From an uncultured delta proteobacterium (GTDB lineage Bacteria; Desulfobacterota; Binatia; UBA9968): 64,000 nt of DNA. The number at the start of each line of letters is the position of its first letter. Position 1 is the stretch's first letter. Below, one piece after another: positions 49,550 to 58,566 of the stretch. A program made the position numbers and the translations under genes. The stretch is from assembly GCA_963801935.1 (NCBI GenBank), contig CAWDHA010000035.1:8852-72851 (forward strand), written 5' to 3'. The notes beneath the pieces were generated by a model. It was given only the letters and a program-made list of their open reading frames with translations, searched no databases and was not told the DNA's origin.

Positions 49550-49710
49550 GCAGCCCGTGGTGAAAGTCTGACTGCATTCGACGGGCAACGCATCCCCGTT
49601 GGCCGCGTTGCTCCTCCCTCAAATATTCCCCGATATTCTCGGTCGTCGCGCCTTGCCATCAGGGCGCCTCGCCCGTCTCGGTGCGACGCCACACTTTCAC
49701 GACGGGCTGC
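49550..49710. mobile_element. MITE-2, copy B (161 bp, TA-flanked)
   Basis: TA|GCAGCCCGTGGTGAAAGT ... ACTTTCACGACGGGCTGC|TA. Its last base (C 49710) plus the right flanking TA (49711-49712) read as the TAG stop of the membrane-protein gene on the minus strand. Confidence 0.75.
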
Positions 49711-50411
49711 TAACGCAAAATCAGTAAAAAAAGCACATAAAACACCGCCGTCAGGATAAAGCCGCTCCAGAGGGCACCGGCGACGGAATCCAGCGGCTTC
49801 TTCGTCGGACCTTGCGCGCCGGTCAGAGCGTTGTACTCAACGGCGGCAAGAATGACGAAACACAAAAGCCAAAAAATACCGTGGCCGCGCGATTGCGGAT
49901 TCACCAAAGCCGGCGAATGCCGCGCCGCGCCCATAAAAAATAACATCGGAATCGAGAACACGACATTGGTTCGAGATGTTAATGCCGCGCGCCGGCCCGC
50001 CGCTGCGGCGTCCGGCAGCGCCTGGCCGCCGCCGGCTACTTGATTGGTAGAGGCCATGACAATTTGTTGTTTGGGCCAAATCACGAGCCAGACGTTCAAG
50101 AACATTATCGTCCCGATCAAAGCGCCGAGAGATATAACAACACCGTAATGGCCGCTAAAAAAAACGCTCGTTCCGACCGGGGTCCATTCCATTAAATAAA
50201 TGAGCAGCCCGGCAAGAAACGTAACCATGGCGGCCCAACGAAACCACCAGAGCGCGCGCGGCACCAGTTTTTGAATCGCGCCGACCCTGACCGGAGCCTC
50301 GGTTTCCGCGAAGAACGGCGTCTGCACGAAATTGAAATAGTAAAGAATGCCGATCCACGTGATACCTGCCAAAAAATGAATCCAGCGCAGAAAAAATTTT
50401 GCTTCTTCCAT
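49710..50411 (-). CDS. polytopic membrane protein (possibly PuuD-like N-terminal membrane domain family)
   Basis: ATG 50411 is preceded by GGAGGGG. The protein starts MEEAKFFLRWIHFLAGITWIGILYYFNFVQ and has 5-6 TM segments. The track ORF's extra 87 N-terminal codons overlap the divergent MFS gene and look non-coding. Confidence 0.45.
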   Translation of the reverse strand: MEEAKFFLRWIHFLAGITWIGILYYFNFVQTPFFAETEAPVRVGAIQKLVPRALWWFRWAAMVTFLAGLLIYLMEWTPVGTSVFFSGHYGVVISLGALIGTIMFLNVWLVIWPKQQIVMASTNQVAGGGQALPDAAAAGRRAALTSRTNVVFSIPMLFFMGAARHSPALVNPQSRGHGIFWLLCFVILAAVEYNALTGAQGPTKKPLDSVAGALWSGFILTAVFYVLFLLILR

Positions 50412-50608
50412 GATATTCCCCTCCATCCGCCGAGCCTTGCCACGGGCTGACCCCATCGATTGGTACTCATATATTAGTGGATGCGGAATTTTGTCAAGTG
50501 AAAACTTGCTGCGGAACTGCATAGCCGCCGCGACGGCGCTTTGACGTTGACGGCCGCGGCGCCAACCGCTACATTGCGATTCATAGCGCAATCCACCTTC
50601 ACCTCTCC

Positions 50609-51865
50609 GTGGCAGATCACAAAGACAATCCATCCAGCAGCGAACCGGCGATTCGCATTCGCCCCTGGTCATCGCTGCTGCTGCGCGACTATCGCCTGAT
50701 CTTTATCGTTATTCTCTGTGGCGGCACGGCAAACCACATGCGCAATGTGGCAAGCCTTTATCAGGTCTACGAGCTATCGGGGTCCTCGATGCAGCTCGGG
50801 CTCGCCGGATTTTTTCAGGCGCTGCCGGCGATCGTACTGGGATTATTCGGCGGCGTGTTGGCCGATAGCGTGAATCGCAAAAAACTGATTGCCATCACCC
50901 ACAGCTTGAACGTGTTGCCGGGATTGGCCTTGTGGTTTTTAACCGAAACCGGACGGATCGAGGTCTGGCACGTGAACACATTGAGCGTCATCGCCGGCGC
51001 GCTGCAGACTCTCGGCGGACCGGCGCGCCAGGCGATCATACCGGGTCTAATTCCACAGACACATCTGCTCAATGCGGTGACTTTGACAACCTTGATGATG
51101 CAGGGAACCCAGCTCACCGCGCCGGTGATCGCCGGCTTTTTGATCGACGGATTCGGCGTCAAAGCGGCGTATTTAACCGATGCGTTTTTTCTGATTCCGT
51201 CGGTAATCGCCGTTCTGCTCGTCCATGCCTCGGGCCGGCCCCAGGGGCAGCGCCGCCGGATCAGTTGGCGCAGCCTGGTCGACGGTTTTGAATTTCTCTG
51301 GCACACCCGTATCATTCTCTCGCTCTTTTTGCTTGACTTTTTCGCGGTGCTCTTCGGCTTCTATCGCCCGATCCTGCCGATTTTCGCCGAAGAGATTTTT
51401 CAGGTTGGGCCGCGCGGCCTGGGAGCGCTCTATGCCGCGCCCGCCATCGGCGCGCTAATTGGCTCCGGCATGCTCCTCGCCGTCGGCGACATCGAACGCA
51501 AAGGCGCCGTCGCGGTCATCGTCACCTTGCTTTTCGCTCTGAGTCTGGGATTTCTCGGCTTGGCGCAAACTTTCTGGGTTGGCTTGATCGCCGTCGGCCT
51601 GCTCGGCGTCAGCGATGCCATCAGCGTCGCCATCCGGCGCACGGTGGTGCAGATTCTCGCGCCGGACAATATGCGCGGGCGCGCCACCAGTTTTCTGAGT
51701 GTCTTCGCCCAGACCACCAACGGCCTGGGCGCTGTGATTGCCGGCGCCGGCGCCGCGCTCCTCGGCGCGCCCAACGCCGCGCTGCTCGGGTCGGTGCTGT
51801 GCGCGCTCACGGTTTTGGCAACCTGCTGGGCAATCCCCCAGTTGTGGCGATACCGGCCGGATTAG
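50609..51865 (+). CDS. MFS transporter (EntS/MFS_3-like exporter)
   Basis: 418 aa and about 12 TM segments. It has the GGVLADSVNRKKL loop typical of this MFS subgroup. Confidence 0.75.
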   Translation: MADHKDNPSSSEPAIRIRPWSSLLLRDYRLIFIVILCGGTANHMRNVASLYQVYELSGSSMQLGLAGFFQALPAIVLGLFGGVLADSVNRKKLIAITHSLNVLPGLALWFLTETGRIEVWHVNTLSVIAGALQTLGGPARQAIIPGLIPQTHLLNAVTLTTLMMQGTQLTAPVIAGFLIDGFGVKAAYLTDAFFLIPSVIAVLLVHASGRPQGQRRRISWRSLVDGFEFLWHTRIILSLFLLDFFAVLFGFYRPILPIFAEEIFQVGPRGLGALYAAPAIGALIGSGMLLAVGDIERKGAVAVIVTLLFALSLGFLGLAQTFWVGLIAVGLLGVSDAISVAIRRTVVQILAPDNMRGRATSFLSVFAQTTNGLGAVIAGAGAALLGAPNAALLGSVLCALTVLATCWAIPQLWRYRPD

Positions 51866-51870
51866 TGTTA

Positions 51871-51937
51871 GTTCAAAGTTCAAGGTTTAAGGTTCAAAGC
51901 CCCTCACCCACCTTGAACTTTGAACGTGAACTTGAAC
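51871..51937. repeat. TTGAAC-repeat hairpin element, copy 3 (between convergent genes)
   Basis: GTTCAAAGTTCAAGGT (51871-51886) pairs perfectly with ACCTTGAACTTTGAAC (51910-51925). Confidence 0.65.
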
Positions 51938-51952
51938 CGCGTTCCTGACGCG

Positions 51953-53209
51953 TTATCGAACCAGCAGCGCGGCTGTTTCGACCTGCTCGGTTTGCGGGAA
52001 CATATCGAAGGATTGAAGACGTGCCACCTGATAGCCCTGGCCAACCAGGTGATCGAGATCGCGGGCAAGACTCGCCGGTTCGCAAGACACATAAACAAGG
52101 CGCGGCGCCTGCAGTTGAACGAGCGCGGTGAGCGCCGCCGGCTGAATGCCTTTTCGCGGCGGATTTACGACCACGCAGTCGACCCGTTCGAGACCGTTTT
52201 TTGCGCTGGCGATGCCCCCGGCAACTTCGCCGCAGAAAAAGCGGCAGTTGCCGACGCCGTTTCTGCGCGCATTTTGTTTGGCGGCGGCGATCGCCAGCGA
52301 ACTATCGTCGATACCCCAGACCAGGCGCGAGCTCTGCGCCAGGATCAGAGAGATCGGCCCGGCGCCGCAGTAGAGATCCAGCGCGCTATGCGCTCCCGTC
52401 AGGGCAGCCATTTCGGCTACCGCGTCATAGAGATTTTTCGCCGTAGCCGGATTGGCCTGAGAAAAAACTCCCGCCGGAAACGCCAGGGTCAATGCGCCAA
52501 CTTTTTCAAGTAAGGTGTCGCGGCCGGCGAGCGCTCGATAGCTGTCGCCCCAGATGACGTTGCCGCGTTGCTCGTTGACGTTCTGGATCACGCCGATCAC
52601 CCATGAAAACTTGCGCATGAGAGCCCGTGCCAGTGGGCCGCCCTGGGGGAACTCGCGATGGCGCGTCACCAGGATGACGCTGACTTCGCGACGCGCAAAG
52701 CTGTAGCGTAAATCGATAAAACGAAGTTCGCCGCTATCCACCCGCTCGTCGTAGGGAATGACGTTCAGTTCAAGGCATTTTTTTTTAAGGTAGCGCACCA
52801 CCTGGTTTATCGGCCGCGGATGGACCGCGCACGACGATATATCCATGACCCGGTGGGTTCCCGGCACATAGAGGCCGGCGGCGATATCGCCGCTGGTGGC
52901 GCGCACGACCAATTTTACCCGCGTGCGATAGCCCAGGCGATGCGGCGCGGCGCCCACTGGGGGCGCGTCAAGAGCCGCTAACGAGGGATAGCCCGATAAG
53001 GCGCGCGCGACAATTTCACGTTTACGGATCAACTGCTCAGCATAAGGAACATCAATTAACGGACAGCCGATGCAGTGCGGAAAGTGCGCGCAAGGATGCT
53101 GGCCGGCGGCGCGTTCATCCGGCTCCGCGTCCCGCCGCGCCGTTTGTCGGGGACGACGGCTCGGCCTTCTTTCCAACCTCGGGTTCATTAAGAGACCATA
53201 ACGGCCCAC
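51953..53209 (-). CDS. RumA/TrmA-family SAM-dependent RNA (uracil-5-)-methyltransferase
   Basis: Cys cluster CAHFPHCIGCP. SAM motif LDLYCGAGPISL. Catalytic blocks VVNPPRKG and YVSCEPASLARDL. Confidence 0.8.
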   Translation of the reverse strand: MGRYGLLMNPRLERRPSRRPRQTARRDAEPDERAAGQHPCAHFPHCIGCPLIDVPYAEQLIRKREIVARALSGYPSLAALDAPPVGAAPHRLGYRTRVKLVVRATSGDIAAGLYVPGTHRVMDISSCAVHPRPINQVVRYLKKKCLELNVIPYDERVDSGELRFIDLRYSFARREVSVILVTRHREFPQGGPLARALMRKFSWVIGVIQNVNEQRGNVIWGDSYRALAGRDTLLEKVGALTLAFPAGVFSQANPATAKNLYDAVAEMAALTGAHSALDLYCGAGPISLILAQSSRLVWGIDDSSLAIAAAKQNARRNGVGNCRFFCGEVAGGIASAKNGLERVDCVVVNPPRKGIQPAALTALVQLQAPRLVYVSCEPASLARDLDHLVGQGYQVARLQSFDMFPQTEQVETAALLVR

Positions 53210-53382
53210 GACAGGCGAATCAATTCGCCGCTCCGCTGATCCTGGTTTTTTTTGGTTGGATTGAATTCGCCCTTAAAAAACGGGGATTAAAGGGGATTGA
53301 GCGTAACTTGGCGAGCTCCTATTTATGGCGCGCAATTGCGAAGTATTGCGCCGTAAGCTAATGGAATAACCGGAGGCTCGCC

Positions 53383-54267
53383 ATGGCACAATCGGATGTC
53401 GATCTTTTCCGCGTCACGTTACTTGGCAGCGGCGCGCCGCCGCCGCTAGTGGACCGCTTCGGACCAAGCACATTAGTCGAAGCGGGAGAACAGAAATTTA
53501 TTTTTGATGCGGGACGCGGCGCCATGCAGCGCCTGCACCAGCTCGCTATTCCCTTCTCCGACATCACCGGCGTGTTTTTGACGCACCATCACTCCGATCA
53601 CGTCGTCGGCTTTGTCGATCTGTGGCTCACCGGCTGGATCGGCCGTCCCTGGGGTATGCGCAAAACCCCGCTCAAGGTTTGGGGACCTGCGGGGACAAAG
53701 CAAATGATGGAGCATTTGCCCCAGGCATTTCATGTCGATATTCGCGTGCGCAGCCACAGCTATCCGGCCGACGGCGTGAAGCTCGAAACGGACGGCGTCA
53801 ACCAAGGCATGGTTTACGATCGCGGCGGCGTCAGGGTGATGGCCTTCGAAGTCGATCACGGCGGCGAGCATTTGCCGGCTTTCGGCTACCGCATCAATTA
53901 TCGCGGGCACTCGGTCGTGCTGTCGGGCGACACCACTTTCAACGAAAACCTTATCCGCCATGCTCAGGGAACCGATCTGCTGGTCCATGAAGTCACCGCT
54001 GCCTCCGGCAGCGCCGCTGAAAACGCCGCACAGCTTAAGCGCATAGCCGAGAACCACACGACACCCGCGCAAGCCGCAGAGGTTTTTACCCGGGTTGAGC
54101 CGCGATTGGCGGTCTATAATCACCTGTTATTGTTCGGCGACGCCAAACCAGAGGATCTGATCCCCATGACTAGACCGGGCTATAGTGGCGCTCTGGAAGT
54201 GGGCGAAGATTTAATGCGCATCGACATCGGCAGTCAAGTCAGCGCCGAGCGCTTCGCCGGCCGGTAG
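53383..54267 (+). CDS. MBL-fold metallo-hydrolase (RNase Z/BN-like)
   Basis: LTHHHSDHVVG (HxHxDH). Later VDHGG and LVHE metal ligands. Confidence 0.75.
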   Translation: MAQSDVDLFRVTLLGSGAPPPLVDRFGPSTLVEAGEQKFIFDAGRGAMQRLHQLAIPFSDITGVFLTHHHSDHVVGFVDLWLTGWIGRPWGMRKTPLKVWGPAGTKQMMEHLPQAFHVDIRVRSHSYPADGVKLETDGVNQGMVYDRGGVRVMAFEVDHGGEHLPAFGYRINYRGHSVVLSGDTTFNENLIRHAQGTDLLVHEVTAASGSAAENAAQLKRIAENHTTPAQAAEVFTRVEPRLAVYNHLLLFGDAKPEDLIPMTRPGYSGALEVGEDLMRIDIGSQVSAERFAGR

Positions 54268-54361
54268 TAATCATTCCCCCAAGTGCATCGGCAGTCATAA
54301 ATTTATAAATTGTGAGTTTTTCAGTTAGCGGTTTTTCGAACATCGGGCAACAAACTGAAAC

Positions 54362-54397
54362 AGTCTCCCCGGACGTAATCCCGTGGATAATTCGCAC
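54362..54397. mobile_element. solo MITE-1-type terminus
   Basis: agtctccccggacgtaatcccgtggataattcgcac|TAG resembles the right terminus at 56476-56509 and ends in CTAG. Confidence 0.35.
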
Positions 54398-54449
54398 TAG
54401 CGCCTGAGCGGTGGACAATAGCTCAACTAATTAGGCATACTCCAACTCT

Positions 54450-55604
54450 ATGGCGGGAAAGCGCTGGATCGGTGCCCTCTCACTGCTATGCCTCACGGCT
54501 TGGACGCCAAGTGAAATTCTCCGCGCCCAGACAACGCCGCGCGCCATTGTCATCGCTTGGGATGGGGCGCTGCCCTCATTCGTGCACGAAATGCTCCGCG
54601 AGGGGAAACTTCCCAACCTCGCCAGACTGATTGCCGGCGGCGCCTTTGCTGACGATGTCGAGTCGGTTTATCCCTCCAAAACAGCGCCCGGTTTCGCAGC
54701 GCTTTGGACCGGCGCGCCGCCGCGAATAACCGGCATCAGCGGCAATCGCCAACCGCGAGCGCCGGCGCATCAATATACGATTCTGGAAAATCATGTCTCG
54801 TTCCTGAGCGCGCCGCTGCGCGCCGAACCGATCTGGACGGTGGCACTGCGCGCCGGGCGCAAAGCCGTGCTCGCGCATGTGCCGCTCGGCCGCGAGCTCT
54901 CTGACGGCGCAACCAAACTGCTCGGCTACGATAGCTATAGCGGGCGCGACGGTGTCATCGACAGCCGCACTGTGAAGCCGCAACCCGCAACTTCATGGCG
55001 GAACCTCCCGGCCAGCGCCAAAGCGCCCATGGAAATTCAATTTGTCCTGGGCATTTCGCCGTTTTTCGGCCTCTTCATCGATGATCCAGCAAAACCGGCA
55101 AATGGTTATGACACCTTGCTGGTGACCAGCGCGCGCGACGGCGCGAGCATCACGGCAAAATTGACAACCAACACGATTGCCCCCGAACAAAGCCTGTGGA
55201 GCGAGCCGCTCGACGTCAAAACCGCCGGCAACGAGGACGCGCGAGTCTATTTGCGGCTCTTCGAGCTCAGAGCCGACAGCGGCGAGTTTCTGCTGTACCA
55301 TACGCGGCCCGCGCGCACCATGATTTTTCCCGCCGAGCTTGCAGCCGATCATGCGGCAGCCGCCGGCGCATTCATAGGTAACGGAGCGAACTTTATTGTA
55401 TCAAGACGGCGCCCTGGGACTTACTTTAGCGAGCGGCGGCCAGGGTCTTGCGGAAGCGCGCTACATGGAGACTGCGGCAATGGCGCAACGCCAGCTCACG
55501 CGCACGGCCTTGTGGGCGATCGGCGCCGTGCCCTGGGATCTGCTGCTGCTTTACACGCCTTTTCCGGACGAGGGCGAACACCTGTGGCGCGGTCATGCGG
55601 ATGA
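54450..55604 (+). CDS. alkaline-phosphatase-superfamily nucleotide pyrophosphatase/phosphodiesterase, N-terminal fragment (gene split near 55385-55400; full span 54450..56337)
   Basis: Signal peptide plus VIAWDGALPSF...VYPSKTAPGFAALWTG (Thr nucleophile context). After about 55390 the ORF text turns Arg/Ala-rich and non-homologous. Confidence 0.7.
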   Translation: MAGKRWIGALSLLCLTAWTPSEILRAQTTPRAIVIAWDGALPSFVHEMLREGKLPNLARLIAGGAFADDVESVYPSKTAPGFAALWTGAPPRITGISGNRQPRAPAHQYTILENHVSFLSAPLRAEPIWTVALRAGRKAVLAHVPLGRELSDGATKLLGYDSYSGRDGVIDSRTVKPQPATSWRNLPASAKAPMEIQFVLGISPFFGLFIDDPAKPANGYDTLLVTSARDGASITAKLTTNTIAPEQSLWSEPLDVKTAGNEDARVYLRLFELRADSGEFLLYHTRPARTMIFPAELAADHAAAAGAFIGNGANFIVSRRRPGTYFSERRPGSCGSALHGDCGNGATPAHAHGLVGDRRRALGSAAALHAFSGRGRTPVARSCG

Positions 55605-56337
55605 CTCTCAGAACCCCGGCAGTAAGGCGCTCCGCCGGCTGTTGGCGGAGATCTATAGCACATCGGACACTCTGCTCGGCGAACTGCTGGCAAAACGCCC
55701 GGACAATACTCTGGTTGCCGTGGTATCGGACCACGGCATGGAAGCGGTTAATAAATCGCTGGCGATCAACCGGGTGTTGGAGCGCGCCGGATTGTTGGTG
55801 TTGAACAATAAAGGACAACCTGATTTGACCCGGACCAAGGCCTTCTATCCATCGGTCAACAATGGCTACCTGCTGCTCAACACAACCGGCCGAAAAAACG
55901 GCATCGTTACTCAGGAAGAGCGGGCGGGCGTCGTTAAACGGCTCCGCGCCGCGCTTGAAGATGTCCGTGATAACGGCAAGACCGTGGTGACGGCGCTCTA
56001 CGACGCCCAGAGCGACGGCAGCAAGATGGGCATCGGCGGCGATGCCGGCGGAGATATCTACCTGGACCTGCTGCCGGGTTATGACTTCGAGCCGGGCACC
56101 GGCCCGGGAGAAATCATCACAGCAAAGGCGCCCCACGGCATGCACGGCTTTACCCCGGCGCGCCCCTCGATGCGCACGATTATGGTGCTCAATGGCCCCG
56201 GCGTTTTGCAGGGAAAGCGACTGGAAGGCGTCCGGCTCATCGACTTCGCGCCGACCCTGGCGAAACTCTTGAACTTGCCGGCGCCAAAAGACTCTAGCGG
56301 TCGGGTGCTGCGAGAAGCGCTCCGCGAACCGCATTGA
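55396..56337 (+). CDS. alkaline-phosphatase-superfamily phosphodiesterase, C-terminal fragment
   Basis: LLLLYTPFPDEGEHLWRGH, VAVVSDHGM and HGMHGF are metal-ligand blocks of the family. Confidence 0.7.
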   Translation: MYQDGALGLTLASGGQGLAEARYMETAAMAQRQLTRTALWAIGAVPWDLLLLYTPFPDEGEHLWRGHADDSQNPGSKALRRLLAEIYSTSDTLLGELLAKRPDNTLVAVVSDHGMEAVNKSLAINRVLERAGLLVLNNKGQPDLTRTKAFYPSVNNGYLLLNTTGRKNGIVTQEERAGVVKRLRAALEDVRDNGKTVVTALYDAQSDGSKMGIGGDAGGDIYLDLLPGYDFEPGTGPGEIITAKAPHGMHGFTPARPSMRTIMVLNGPGVLQGKRLEGVRLIDFAPTLAKLLNLPAPKDSSGRVLREALREPH

Positions 56338-56354
56338 CCGCGGCTGCCGTTGCC

Positions 56355-56509
56355 GGTCTCCTCAAGTTATAGACCCATTGGCCGCCCTTCGATGGACTCA
56401 GGGTGGTGAGCCTGCCCTTCGAGAACCTCAGGGCCGTGAGCTTTGTCGAACGGTCGAACCACGGCCGAGAAGCTTGCTCCTTGGACGTAATCTCGTGAAT
56501 AATCCGATC
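56355..56509. mobile_element. MITE-1-related half element with an internal duplicated unit
   Basis: It shares ggtctcctcaag..cccattggccg and the ...cgtaatctcgtgaataat... terminus with MITE-1. It contains two tandem units, cccttcga..ctcaggg..gtgagc. It ends in CTAG. Confidence 0.55.
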
Positions 56510-56567
56510 TAGAGACCAATGCATTTGGAATCTCGAAATTTTCTTTGACAGTGGAGGGTATTGCGCT

Positions 56568-57104
56568 ATGAGCGATTCAACTCATTTGATTCTAACCGCC
56601 GTCGGACCGGACCGCGTCGGGCTGGTGCAGAAGATTTCCGAGTTTATCTCGCGTCATGGCTGCAATATCGAAGACAGCAAGATGGCGGTTTTCTGCGGCG
56701 AGTTTGCATTGATTGTGCTGATCGCCGGCGAAGGCAATAAATTACTCAAGGTGGCAAACGATTATCGCGAAATCGAAAGCGCCACGGGCCTCACCATTGC
56801 CCTTAAAACACCGGCTGCCCGAACCGGCGCCGGCGCGTTCTTGCCCTACAGACTTACCGCCTCCTCGATGGATCATCCCGGTATTGTCTATCGGATCAGC
56901 GCCCTGTTGAGCGGGTTAGGCATCAACATCGAGTCGATGGAGACCGAAACTTATGCGGCGCCGGTCAGCGGCACGCCGATTTTTCGCCTCGACGCCGAGA
57001 TTTCTATTCCCGCCATCACTAATATCGCCGCACTACGCCAGCGCTTCGGCGAAATGCAGAAAGAAGAAAATATCGATATCGAACTTGCGGCGCTGCGCAG
57101 CTGA
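56568..57104 (+). CDS. gcvR: GcvR-like tandem-ACT-domain regulatory protein
   Basis: LILTAVGPDRVGLVQKISEFISRHGCNIEDSKM and a second ACT domain (SMDHPGIVYRISALLSGLGINIES). Confidence 0.7.
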   Translation: MSDSTHLILTAVGPDRVGLVQKISEFISRHGCNIEDSKMAVFCGEFALIVLIAGEGNKLLKVANDYREIESATGLTIALKTPAARTGAGAFLPYRLTASSMDHPGIVYRISALLSGLGINIESMETETYAAPVSGTPIFRLDAEISIPAITNIAALRQRFGEMQKEENIDIELAALRS

Positions 57105-57121
57105 GCCGCGTCAAAACTTAC

Positions 57122-58096
57122 TTACTCAGAGAGCGTTATCAGTTTTCGTCGGTCGAGCGCGCCGGCGCAACTTTCCAGATGTCGCGTTTGATCGCGCGCG
57201 GCAAAGCGCAGCACCACCGTGCGCGCGCCGGCGTCCCGGTACGCTTCGATCTTGTCGATCACTTCATCCCAGGAGCCGCTGACGCAGAGCATTGAATTCG
57301 CCACCGCCTCATAAGGCCGGTTGTAATACTGCGCGAGAAACGCCATGCCCTCCTCAGCATCGGTTTTGCTGCCGCCGGCAACGGTCATGTAGATCGACGG
57401 GTGGATCGCGCGCGGCTCGCGGCCGGCGGCGGCCGCGTAGCTCTGGATCTTGTCCCAAGACTCTCGGTAAGCTTCAGCGCTCTTGATATTGTTGATCCAG
57501 GCGTCGCCCAGCCGCGCTACTCTTTTTAAACCGGGCTCGACTTCATTAGCGGCAAGCCAGATCGGAATGCCGCCGCTCTGCACCGGTTTCGGCGCCAATG
57601 TCACGCGCTCGAAGCGGCAAAAAGCGCCGTCGTAACTCACGTCGTTTTCGCGCCACAGGCGGCGCAGCACCGTGACGATCTCTTCGCTGCGCTGGATGCG
57701 CTTTTCCGCGGTGATGCCGACGTGGCGGTACTCTAACTCGTGCGCCGGATCGTTGGGCCGGCCATAACCGATGCCGAGGTCCAGCCGACCACCGGTAAGC
57801 CAATCGATACTGCCAAGTTGATAGGCAAGCATGACCGGCTGTCTAAGCGCCGCCAAAAATATCGACGTGCCGAGGCGCACGCGTTTGGTGCGCGCGCCGA
57901 CAGCGGCCAGGGTCGCGAGCGCTTCCACCCGCGGCCGCGCCGTGAGACTGTCGCCGACCCAGACGGAGTGAAAGTTCAACTCTTCGGCGCGCTCGGCGAC
58001 CCGGTAGATTTCCACCGGCTCGCGCCAGCCCGACATCACCGCTTCGCGCGTCGGCAAGAGCACGCCGAATTGCAGGCTTGAGTTTTCAGCAGTCAT
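57122..58096 (-). CDS. LLM-class flavin/F420-dependent oxidoreductase
   Basis: The start MTAENSSLQFGVLLP at 58096 overlaps the MaoC stop by 4 nt (the track ORF starts at 58189). It contains ELNFHSVWVGDSL. Confidence 0.7.
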   Translation of the reverse strand: MTAENSSLQFGVLLPTREAVMSGWREPVEIYRVAERAEELNFHSVWVGDSLTARPRVEALATLAAVGARTKRVRLGTSIFLAALRQPVMLAYQLGSIDWLTGGRLDLGIGYGRPNDPAHELEYRHVGITAEKRIQRSEEIVTVLRRLWRENDVSYDGAFCRFERVTLAPKPVQSGGIPIWLAANEVEPGLKRVARLGDAWINNIKSAEAYRESWDKIQSYAAAAGREPRAIHPSIYMTVAGGSKTDAEEGMAFLAQYYNRPYEAVANSMLCVSGSWDEVIDKIEAYRDAGARTVVLRFAARDQTRHLESCAGALDRRKLITLSE

Positions 58097-58566
58097 TGTG
58101 GGGGACTCATCCTTTCCCATCTTGCGCCGCGGATCAACCGCGCGACGTCGTACTCCATGATGGTCTCGCCGCGCTGATTCTTCACCCACTGGCGGTAACG
58201 CACGATGCCGCCGCCGCGCTGCGGCACCGGCTTGGTGTCGAGGACTTCGATCTCGACTCCGATCGTGTCAGCCACTTTCACGGGAGCAAAAAGCCGCATG
58301 CGGTCGAGGCCGGCAAAAGCGAGGCCGGTGCCATGAATGATACCGGTCTGTACGGTGAGCCCTTCGGCCACGGCGAAAGTCAAGCTTCCCGGCGCAATGC
58401 GCTCGCCGTAGAGACTTTCCTTGGTGATATATTCGAGATCCAAAAAAAGCGGTTCGGTGAGCCCGACCAGGGTGACAAACTGCAAAATGTCATGTTCGGT
58501 AATGGTCCGCCGGCCGGTCACGAAGCGCTCACCCGCGTGAAAATTTTCGAATAACCTGCCCGTCAT
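58093..58566 (-). CDS. MaoC-like (R)-specific enoyl-CoA hydratase/dehydratase
   Basis: The hot-dog fold N-terminus FHAGERFVTGRRTITEHDILQFVTLVG is typical of MaoC dehydratases. Confidence 0.75.
   Translation of the reverse strand: MTGRLFENFHAGERFVTGRRTITEHDILQFVTLVGLTEPLFLDLEYITKESLYGERIAPGSLTFAVAEGLTVQTGIIHGTGLAFAGLDRMRLFAPVKVADTIGVEIEVLDTKPVPQRGGGIVRYRQWVKNQRGETIMEYDVARLIRGARWERMSPPQ

Noticed and set aside
49710-50672. Full 320-aa version of the membrane-protein ORF.
   Set aside because: The first 87 codons are Arg/Cys-rich and overlap the divergent MFS gene start. They are followed by a strong RBS plus ATG at 50411, where the hydrophobic protein text begins.
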